A stretch of DNA of 52,578 nt, taken from the NCBI GenBank assembly GCA_017646745.1, contig JAGCLY010000062.1, forward strand, positions 1 through 52,578. Direction: 5' to 3'. Under the pieces are notes generated by a model. The model did not search any database and was not told where the DNA came from. It saw nothing but the letters and a program-made list of their open reading frames with translations. The translations under genes were made by a program, and so were the position numbers. Below are positions 31,581 to 39,711 of this stretch, in pieces (position 1 is the stretch's first letter; each line of letters opens with the position of its first letter). Origin of the DNA: Clostridia bacterium (lineage in GTDB: Bacteria > Bacillota > Clostridia > Oscillospirales > CAG-272).

Positions 31581-31608
31581 ACGAGCCTCAATCCGAGGCT
31601 CGTTTTTT
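31581..31608 (+). terminator. Terminator of the LRR gene
   Basis: ACGAGCCTC-aatcc-GAGGCTCGT plus T tract. Confidence 0.8.
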
Positions 31609-31739
31609 ATTGTCGGGTGGAGGAAATTAATATTTTGTAAATAAGATCAAGCAGCTCCACGTCGTTGCATTCGTTAAGAGCTGATTCAATAAGAATATGC
31701 AGGTGTCTTTTTTAATTTCTCTTTTTACGAGAGAATGAA

Positions 31740-31943
31740 TGGTGGAACCGACGGGGTTTCGTCAAAGGCGAATATACTCGCACTTTCCGCCTGACAAGCA
31801 AGCTTGTCGATCTTCAAGCGGGGTATGTGCACCCGTATTCGAGCGCAGTGCGCTCGAGCAGGTTCAACTCCCAAGCCAAATTCATTAAAAAGAAAAAAAG
31901 AGGGCACGTTAAGTGTCCTCTTTTCCTTTTTGGTGGAACCGAC
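31740..31943 (-). repeat. Duplicated tRNA/tmRNA 3' end (GTCGGTTCCACCA) with intervening hairpins; probable att site
   Basis: TGGTGGAACCGAC at 31740-31752 and 31931-31943; no full cloverleaf present. Confidence 0.7.
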
Positions 31944-32315
31944 CCGTAACTGCTCATTATCACGAAAAAGACTATATGGATAGAGTCGGTAAAATTAGCT
32001 TAGCAGCCGTGATGGCAAGGAAAATCATAGAGGGCTATTAAACACTGTTTTTATCCGGCTTATAAATCTCAAATCTCACGTCAGAGTAGTTTTGTTAATA
32101 ATGGACGGTCTTAGGCTCCTTGTACCTCTCATTATCTCGGAAGAATCGAGCCTTGTTTCTGCGCTCCATTTCCTTGCCGAAAGCGGTGACTAGTTCTTTC
32201 CAAAATGCCGTTTCCGAGTCGTTGGTGGAGAGTGTTGTTTTTATGTCTGCTATTTCTATGCAAAAATCCCACTCACGCCATATGGTATGAGTGGGAAACT
32301 TCGATAGCGAAAATA

Positions 32316-32610
32316 TTATCTATATCTGTTCAAAACTTTTTTATGATATATTATTTTATCAACCTCATATGTTCTACTATATGTACATTTGAATAATTCG
32401 GGGTAGAAAATGGCCAAATTAGACCCTTTGCTATTCATAGCACTTTTATACATAATACCATCGAAGACTGGTTGTCCATCATCATCAGTTATTGACATAA
32501 TAAAATCACAAATATACTGAGTTGGCAAATAGTCAAGAGGGCTATCGCCTTTACGCATAGTTCTACTCATTTCTGCGTTGATTTTAGAAAGATGTTCTTT
32601 ATTAATAAAG
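32316..32610 (-). pseudogene. 5'-truncated RES-domain protein
   Basis: INKEHL..MRKGDSPLDYLPTQYICDFI..FDGIMYKSAM..NLAIF is a RES C-terminus; in-frame stop and no RBS/start upstream. Confidence 0.7.
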
Positions 32611-32744
32611 GTCTGTACATTTCCAATTATCTGTGGTATTGTGTTGTGCTAACAGGAGGGGCGTTTTATAAATGAAAATATCTATCGAGCCTTTGAATTG
32701 TACGGTTTGGTTAAAACTGGAATCGGGCAGTTGGGGTAAATATC

Positions 32745-32773
32745 TTGAAATTTAATTGAAAATGTGGTATAAT
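32745..32773 (+). promoter_or_regulatory. Sigma-A promoter of the two-component operon
   Basis: TTGAAA-17-TATAAT with extended TG. Confidence 0.7.
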
Positions 32774-32904
32774 ATTTTATTATTTATAGTGAAATTTTGA
32801 GTTTTTTGTATGCCGAATGTGGAGAAAAAATATTTTTTAAAAATTCACATCAGCTTCACAAACAACGGATTTCATCAAATACGCAAGAGGGTAGGTGCGG
32901 TCGA

Positions 32905-33615
32905 ATGATCAATGTTGCTATTGTTGACGATGATAAGAGTTATGTTGACCAACTTCGTGAATATTTTGAACAGTATATAAAAGAAAGCGGAGAAACTATA
33001 AAAATAACGGCTTTTTCTGACGGTGACAGTATAGTGCATAAATACCGCTCGCAGTTTGACATTATTCTGATGGACATCGAGATGAAGTTTATGGATGGTA
33101 TGTCTGCGGCTGAAGAAATAAGAAAAATGGATTCATCGGTTATAATAATATTTATTACCAATACTCCGCAGTACGCTATCAAGGGTTATGCTGTCCAAGC
33201 ACTGGACTATCTATTGAAGCCGCTGTCATATTTCGCCTTTTCACAGTGCGTGGGCAGGGCGATAAATAATCTGAAAAACCGTTTATCCGCCTTTATCTCT
33301 ATAAATGTAAAGGGCGGTGTAGTGCGTCTTGATACGAATGATATTTATTATATCGAAAGCCGTGGTCACAACGTGGTATATCATACCAAATCAGGTGACT
33401 ACGAGTTGCGTTCAACTATGAAAGAGATAGAAGGAATGCTTAACAGCAAGCGGTTTTTCCGTGCAAGCAAGTGGTATCTGATAAACCTTGCTCACGTTGA
33501 CAGCTTTCGTGATACGGACGTAATTTTGGCAGGACATTCGCTCGCGGTCAGCAGATCCAGAAAGAACGAGCTTCTTGAGGCTCTCAGTGATTATTGGGGG
33601 GAGGTAATGCAATAA
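32905..33615 (+). CDS. LytTR family response regulator
   Basis: REC domain IVDDD, LMDIEM..MDG, FIT, YLLKP; LytTR IYYIES, FFR..YLINL, VSR. Confidence 0.93.
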   Translation: MINVAIVDDDKSYVDQLREYFEQYIKESGETIKITAFSDGDSIVHKYRSQFDIILMDIEMKFMDGMSAAEEIRKMDSSVIIIFITNTPQYAIKGYAVQALDYLLKPLSYFAFSQCVGRAINNLKNRLSAFISINVKGGVVRLDTNDIYYIESRGHNVVYHTKSGDYELRSTMKEIEGMLNSKRFFRASKWYLINLAHVDSFRDTDVILAGHSLAVSRSRKNELLEALSDYWGEVMQ

Positions 33616-34925
33616 TGGGAAATGTTATTCCTGATATACCTAGTCTATATCCTGCAATCGCCGAGTGGCTTTGCGGCGGTATGTTGGTGTTCTTGCTTGG
33701 GATAAGAATTAAAAAAATCAATTTTGCCATTGTGAGCATTTTGTATCTTGTGGCACTGGCTTCATTTATGGTAATTACCACAACGATAACGCTATGGCTC
33801 TGGATTCCATGCATGATTGTTTCCTTTGTAACTATGACGGGTTTTATAATATATTCTTCAAAAACGTCATTTTTTGACGGTGTATATTATGCAATCATAG
33901 CATTTTCGGTTGCCGAGTGTGTTGCTTCGCTTGAGTGGCAGATTGTCAATTTGTTGTACAAGGATACAGATAATATGCCTATTCATATTGAGGTGCTTAT
34001 TTTAGTGCTCGTGTATGGATTGGCGATTTGCGGTATATTCTTCTTGGTTAAGAGCAAAATGCCATCAGGCAAGCGTCTTCAAATCGAACCCAAGGATAGT
34101 CTTGTGGCGCTATTTATCGGTGTTATAATTTTCGCCTTTAGTAATTTGGGCTTCCTTCTGGCAGATCCCCCATTTTCCGGGCAGTATTATAGGGAAATTG
34201 CTACCACTCGTACACTGGTAGATATTGCAGGTGTTGCAATACTGTATGCACACCTGGTCTCTTGCCGAGATAATATGGTTTACCGAGAGCTTGATGCGGT
34301 GCAGAATACTCTGCAAAATCAGTATAAGCAATACGAGCAATCGAGGGAAAGCATAGATTTAATCAATATGAAATATCACGATCTTAAGCATCAGATAAGT
34401 ATGCTCCGTAAGCTTGATGACAGAGAACAAAGAGATGCTTTCCTTGACCGTATGGAAGTAGAAATTAAATCCTATGAGTTGCAGAATAAAACCGGTAATA
34501 TTGTACTTGATACCTTACTTACCAGCAAAAGCTTATATTGTAACAATCAGGGTATCACAATGACTGTTGTTGCTGATGGCAAGCTACTCAATTTTATGGA
34601 TGCCATGGATATATGTGGCATATTCGGTAATGCGCTCGATAATGCCATTGAATCGGCAATTAAGGTAGAGGAAAAAGAAAAGCGCTTGATACATCTGACG
34701 GTCTCTAAGGTTAAGTCCTTCATAATGATACGTATCAGAAACTATTATGAGGGAGGAGTGGACTACTATGAGGGAGATTTGGTAACCACTAAAAAGGACA
34801 AAAGATTCCACGGCTACGGTATAAAGAGCATTAAACATACCGCAAAACGCTATGATGGCGTGGTGAGCATCAATACCGAAAACAACTGGTTTGAGCTCAA
34901 AATAATTATCCCATATAACGAATAA
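33615..34925 (+). CDS. Membrane sensor histidine kinase (AgrC-like GHKL)
   Basis: Multiple TM helices; KYHDLKHQI, GNALDNAIES, TTKKD..HGYGIKSI; TAATG overlap with the regulator. Confidence 0.92.
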   Translation: MGNVIPDIPSLYPAIAEWLCGGMLVFLLGIRIKKINFAIVSILYLVALASFMVITTTITLWLWIPCMIVSFVTMTGFIIYSSKTSFFDGVYYAIIAFSVAECVASLEWQIVNLLYKDTDNMPIHIEVLILVLVYGLAICGIFFLVKSKMPSGKRLQIEPKDSLVALFIGVIIFAFSNLGFLLADPPFSGQYYREIATTRTLVDIAGVAILYAHLVSCRDNMVYRELDAVQNTLQNQYKQYEQSRESIDLINMKYHDLKHQISMLRKLDDREQRDAFLDRMEVEIKSYELQNKTGNIVLDTLLTSKSLYCNNQGITMTVVADGKLLNFMDAMDICGIFGNALDNAIESAIKVEEKEKRLIHLTVSKVKSFIMIRIRNYYEGGVDYYEGDLVTTKKDKRFHGYGIKSIKHTAKRYDGVVSINTENNWFELKIIIPYNE

Positions 34926-35133
34926 GAGAAAAACGGCGTCTAACAAATAGATGCCGTTTTTTGTATGTTTTTAATAAAATCCCTCGCGCTTTTTTGACTG
35001 TTACAAACCACTTGTGCCACAAAAACAGCGTTTCATACCCAAAAACTCTATTATTATAAAATATATGATAAAATAATCAAAAGACAAAAACAAACCCATC
35101 CGCTTAGGGCATTCAGTACTTCGGCAAGTTTTT
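34921..35133 (+). repeat. Direct repeat copy 1 (terminator + LytTR-type promoter + 51-nt leader)
   Basis: Near-identical to 37555-37769. Confidence 0.92.
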
Positions 35134-35238
35134 CTTGTCTATCAACTAATATTTACATTGTTTACTAAAACACATGACACCACTGGTATTAATATGGATA
35201 CCGTTATCGGCTGTGAATGGGACTAGAAGGAGTTAATA

Positions 35239-37485
35239 ATGATAGTTTTTGAAAAAAATGATTTGAGAATTTCGCTCATAACACCACGTCTTCTCAGAAC
35301 AGAAAAGGGCATATTTACTGATCTTCCTACACAGACAGTGCAGAACAGAGAATTCGGTGATGTGAATTACAGTCTGTCGGAGCAGAGCGATTTAATTACT
35401 GTAACAACCGACGCAGCCTGCTTTGCAATCAGCAAGAAAAATGGTGACGTAACATCCGTTTTTATTGAAGACACATCGTCTACTGTTGTTGATTTTAGTA
35501 AGGGTATGCTGCCAGGCACTGCTCGTACACTCGATACCGCCAATGGAGCTGTTAAGCTTGAAAACGGAATCACATCTCTCAGTGGCGCGTCCGTTATGGA
35601 TGACTCAAAGAGTCTGCTTATAAATCCCGACGGCAGTATCTCTCCCCGTCCTAAATGCTCGGACAGATATTGGTTTGCCTACGGTCACGATTACCTCGGC
35701 CAGCTTCGTGATTTCTTTAAGCTGACGGGAGAGGTGCCGCTTATTCCTAAGTATGCTCTCGGCAACTGGTGGTCGAGATACAGGGCATATACCCAGGAGG
35801 AGTATCGCTCTCTGATGCAGAAATTTATCGATAGACAGCTTCCTATAACTGTTGCAACTATAGATATGGATTGGCATTGGACTGACGTATTAGATCGCTT
35901 TGGCGAGGACGCAAGAAGTGCAAAGCCCACCTGTCCCGAGGAACTGATGTTCTATCATCGGCTTCAGGGCTGGACGGGATACAGCTGGAATACTGAGCTT
36001 TTTCCGAATTATCGCGAGCTTCTCTCTTGGCTTCATAACAACGGATTTAAGATCACTCTAAACATTCACCCCTCACAGGGAGTACGTTTCTTTGAGGATC
36101 AGTATAAGGAGATGTGCGAAAGGCTCGGCAGAGATCCCGAGAAAAAGGAAATTATTCCTTTTGATCCAACTGACATGGAATTTATGTCGGCATATTTTGA
36201 TATTCTTCATCACCCCTATGAAGACGAGGGTGTTGATTTTTGGTGGATAGACTGGCAACAGGGAACTAAAACAAAGATACCGGGTCTTGATCCTCTTTGG
36301 GCATTGAATCACTATCATTCACTCGACTCTGCAAGGGGAGATAATCGTCCCTTGATTCTCTCTCGTTATGCAGGACTTGGCAGCCATCGTTATCCTCTCG
36401 GTTTCTCGGGAGATACCTTATGTACGTGGAAGAGCCTTGATTTTCAGCCCTATTTCACTAACTCTGCAGCAAACGCCGGATATACCTGGTGGAGTCATGA
36501 TATTGGCGGTCACACTCGCGGTGTTCAGGATGACGAGCTTTACCTACGTTGGCTTCAGTACGGTGTTTTCAGTCCGATAAACAGATTGCATTCCTCAAAC
36601 TCCGACTTTATGGGCAAAGAGCCTTGGAAACGTAGCTATGCGGTGTGTCAGGTGGCAGAGGAATTCCTTCGTCTGCGCCACAAAATGATCCCTTATCTTT
36701 ACACGGCAAATTATCGCACACATACCGTGGGCGAGCCTATCTGTATGCCTATGTATTATCGATATGACTGCCCCGAGGCATATGAAACAAAGAATCAATT
36801 CATCTTTGGCGGTAATCTTATAGTATGTCCTATAACCCGTCCCGCGGATATGCGTTTGAATCTTGCTTATACCGAGGCTTGGCTTCCTGAAGGTCGTTTT
36901 ACAGACATATTTAATGGCAGAATCTATGAGGGCGGCAAAAAGGTGCGACTTTATCGCGATATTGACTCTATTCCTGTACTTGCCGCCGAGGGTACCATTC
37001 TACCTATGTACCGTGACGGAAGAAGCAATGATCTTTCGCTTGATCAACCTCTTGAGATTCACGTCTGGCGCGGTAACGGCGGCTTTGATCTCTATGAGGA
37101 TGACGGGGAAACCAATGCATACAAGAACGGCAATTATGTTATTACATCATTTAAGCTTGAGGAGCATGGTGACAGTATTCGTCTTATCGTCACACCTCCC
37201 AAGGATAGCAAAGGACTGTTGCCTAGCAGCAGAGAAATGTACATTAAATTCCGCGATATATATACCGAGGAAATTAAGATTACTCTTTCTAACGAGCCTG
37301 TTGTAATAGAGCTTAATAACATTCGTCCTATGCAGAACGAGGACAAGAATGAGATCAAGAGCGAAATCTTAACTCGCGTGCAGGGAAGTAACGACAAAAA
37401 GAGTTTTATCTATCATAAAAAACTGCCTCGCTTTGTTAGAGATGCACTCACGGAGCTTGATGCATTTTACATTCCTGTAAAATAA
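35239..37485 (+). CDS. Glycoside hydrolase family 31 (alpha-glucosidase type), no signal peptide
   Basis: LTG..PLIPKYALGNWWSRY, IDMDWH, WTGYSWN, WWIDWQQG, FSGD, WSHDIGG, RWLQYG, YEDDG. Confidence 0.9.
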   Translation: MIVFEKNDLRISLITPRLLRTEKGIFTDLPTQTVQNREFGDVNYSLSEQSDLITVTTDAACFAISKKNGDVTSVFIEDTSSTVVDFSKGMLPGTARTLDTANGAVKLENGITSLSGASVMDDSKSLLINPDGSISPRPKCSDRYWFAYGHDYLGQLRDFFKLTGEVPLIPKYALGNWWSRYRAYTQEEYRSLMQKFIDRQLPITVATIDMDWHWTDVLDRFGEDARSAKPTCPEELMFYHRLQGWTGYSWNTELFPNYRELLSWLHNNGFKITLNIHPSQGVRFFEDQYKEMCERLGRDPEKKEIIPFDPTDMEFMSAYFDILHHPYEDEGVDFWWIDWQQGTKTKIPGLDPLWALNHYHSLDSARGDNRPLILSRYAGLGSHRYPLGFSGDTLCTWKSLDFQPYFTNSAANAGYTWWSHDIGGHTRGVQDDELYLRWLQYGVFSPINRLHSSNSDFMGKEPWKRSYAVCQVAEEFLRLRHKMIPYLYTANYRTHTVGEPICMPMYYRYDCPEAYETKNQFIFGGNLIVCPITRPADMRLNLAYTEAWLPEGRFTDIFNGRIYEGGKKVRLYRDIDSIPVLAAEGTILPMYRDGRSNDLSLDQPLEIHVWRGNGGFDLYEDDGETNAYKNGNYVITSFKLEEHGDSIRLIVTPPKDSKGLLPSSREMYIKFRDIYTEEIKITLSNEPVVIELNNIRPMQNEDKNEIKSEILTRVQGSNDKKSFIYHKKLPRFVRDALTELDAFYIPVK

Positions 37486-37490
37486 TAAAA

Positions 37491-37537
37491 AGCAGCCCCA
37501 AATGAAGTGAACCCCAAACAGTTCACAAAGGGCTGCT
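37491..37537. mobile_element. 23-bp IS3-family end scar inside the GH31 terminator
   Basis: AGCAGCCC-CAAA-[TGAAGTGAACCCCAAACAGTTCA]-CAAA-GGGCTGCT: TG...CA ends and 4-bp duplication. Confidence 0.7.
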
Positions 37538-37554
37538 CTTTTAATTGTGTTAAC

Positions 37555-37769
37555 AATAAGAGAAAAAACGGCGTCTAACAAAAAGATGCCGTTTTTTGTA
37601 TGTTTTTAACAAAAATTACTCTCGCTTTTTTGACTGTTACAAACCACTTGTGCCAAAAAAATAGCGTTTCATTCCCAAAAACTCTATTATTATAAAATAT
37701 ATGATAAAATAATCAGAGGACAAAAACAAACCCATCCGCTTAGGGCATTCAGTACTTCGGCAAGTTTTT
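37555..37769 (+). repeat. Direct repeat copy 2
   Basis: Near-identical to 34921-35133; ends 10 bp from the stop of the convergent transporter gene. Confidence 0.92.
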
Positions 37770-37778
37770 ACCAACTTC

Positions 37779-39431
37779 TTATTTTTTGTTTTTGTTCTTT
37801 TTTGCCTGATATTTGGCTTCCTGTTCTTCAAAGGAAAGTCCTTTTTTTTCGCAGTATGCCTTGAGCTCCGCGATACGATTTTCCTCAGCCTCAATCTCGG
37901 CCTTCTCCTGCTCAATGCGCATTCTCTCCGCAGGCTCGATCCATTCGCCTCCGGCTGCGAGAACAGCCGCCTTCTGACGCTCAAGAATGATTTTATGATC
38001 ATTCTCGGTGTGCTTTTCTACGTCAACGGGAATGATAAGCAGTGCGCAGACTACGTAGCCGATCATCATAAAGCCTATGTAACACCAGATAAATACGTTG
38101 TTCGTCGCTGAATTCTGCGTATAGGCAACCACATTTCCTGTCACAGGATCGATGGTGGGTGCAAGATAACCCGCTGCATTAAGCATACCATTGAATATAC
38201 CCTGGCAAATACTCTGAAGCACCGACATAATAATTCCCACCACGGAAACCGAAAGACCGTCGCATCTGAAGCCGTTTTGAGCCTCAACGTTATCAAGCAC
38301 GTCTGCAATAAGAGCGTATATAACGTAAGATGCAGGTGCTGCACCGAGACACTTTAAGAACAGACCTATCACAACAGTAACCCAGGAATAGGGGTTGATA
38401 AAGGCAACAAGACAGCCAGCGGCCGATACGATAAGTCCGTATAAAATACTGTTTTTAATGCCGATCTTATTTGTAAGCGGCCATACGAACAGAACCGCCG
38501 CCGCAAACGGAATACCCGTTACCATTCCCAGTACCGACTGGGTAAAACCATCCTGATAACTGCCAAGAATATAGTTGCAGTAGTACGCCATTGAGAAGTT
38601 CTGCATCGTGCCGACAAACTGGAATATGAAGAAGAAGAGCATTACAAGGCCCCAATATTTATTGGTAATCAGTGCCTTTGTTTGCTTAAGAAGAGAAACC
38701 TTCTCCTCCTTTATGTTGAGGTTTATGCTCTCCTCAGTGATTCTCTCACGGGTGAAATAATACTGCAAGGTGACGAATATAAGCGACACCGCCGCCATAA
38801 CCGACATATAGATTAGCCATACAGTCTTATCGTTATTAAAGAAGGGAACGACAATAGGCATTACGATTGAGCCAAAGCTCATTGCAGCAGTTCCCGCAAT
38901 ACCGTTTACCGAGGAGAGAAGCGATCTCTGCTTTTCATTTCGTGTGGAAAGCGGAACCATTAAGTTGTTTGCAACCGAATAAAGCGGGTATGCAACAGAA
39001 TAATAAATTATATATGATACTGCGATCCACGCGAGCATCAAGGTTTGATTTCCCGAAGGAATAAGGAACATCAGAACCGAGGATATTGCAATCAGAGCAC
39101 CCGCAAGCAAGATGTACGGCCTTGCCTTACCCTGCGAGGTCCTCGTCCTGTCAACTATAAAGCCGACAACAAAGTTTCCTATCGCGATGAGTATTGCCGA
39201 AAGGAGTGGGAAGATGGATAAAAACTCCATCGCACTTTCGCTCAGGTGCAGAACGTCGGTCCAATAGGTATTTAAGTATGTAACGAATATCGAGCTTGTA
39301 AGCATACCGCCGAACGGTCCCAAGAGATATCCGAGAGCGATTTCTTTAAATTTTACGTTTGCACTTGTTATTCTTGTTTTTAAAAAAGGTGAAGAAAAAA
39401 GCCCTTTTTTATTAGAAATTGTTTTTTCCAT
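37779..39431 (-). CDS. MFS glycoside-pentoside-hexuronide (GPH) sugar transporter
   Basis: GFIVDRTRTSQGKARPYIL, PLSTRNEKQRS, TRERIT, ADVLD; charged C-terminal tail. Confidence 0.88.
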   Translation of the reverse strand: MEKTISNKKGLFSSPFLKTRITSANVKFKEIALGYLLGPFGGMLTSSIFVTYLNTYWTDVLHLSESAMEFLSIFPLLSAILIAIGNFVVGFIVDRTRTSQGKARPYILLAGALIAISSVLMFLIPSGNQTLMLAWIAVSYIIYYSVAYPLYSVANNLMVPLSTRNEKQRSLLSSVNGIAGTAAMSFGSIVMPIVVPFFNNDKTVWLIYMSVMAAVSLIFVTLQYYFTRERITEESINLNIKEEKVSLLKQTKALITNKYWGLVMLFFFIFQFVGTMQNFSMAYYCNYILGSYQDGFTQSVLGMVTGIPFAAAVLFVWPLTNKIGIKNSILYGLIVSAAGCLVAFINPYSWVTVVIGLFLKCLGAAPASYVIYALIADVLDNVEAQNGFRCDGLSVSVVGIIMSVLQSICQGIFNGMLNAAGYLAPTIDPVTGNVVAYTQNSATNNVFIWCYIGFMMIGYVVCALLIIPVDVEKHTENDHKIILERQKAAVLAAGGEWIEPAERMRIEQEKAEIEAEENRIAELKAYCEKKGLSFEEQEAKYQAKKNKNKK

Positions 39432-39711
39432 CGGTGTTTCCTTTTATTTATTTTTTAAGTTAAAAATCGTCAATAGCTGCAGTTTATATTTGCCGCTTTT
39501 GCAATTCTGCCCTTTATTATAGCTTGGAAAATGAGCTTTGTCAATACTTTTTTATTAATCGTTGACATCAAGAGTGAGGGGCAATATTTAATATATATAC
39601 GTGCATAATTAAGGCTTCAAAAAAGAAAAAATTCAAAATTCGGAGATTTATGCAGTTGTCCGAATACTATAAATTCAAGCTTACAAAAACATAAACATAC
39701 AGGAGAAAAAA

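Noticed and set aside
31606-31712. Minus-strand frame KRHLHILIESALNECNDVELLDLIYKILISSTRQ*
   Set aside because: It looks protein-like but has an in-frame stop and no start or RBS upstream; at most a remnant.
31725-31907. 60-aa ORF or an intact tRNA
   Set aside because: It overlaps the hairpin/tRNA-end repeat; there is no D-arm or anticodon arm and no RBS.
34936-35010. Integron attC site (GTCTAAC fits RYYYAAC)
   Set aside because: The motif is part of a terminator stem; there is no matching GTTRRRY end and no integrase in the window.
35101-35110. Pistol ribozyme-like GCCCTAAGCG on the minus strand of the leader
   Set aside because: The complementary TTAGGGC pseudoknot partner and the P1 hairpin are absent on that strand.
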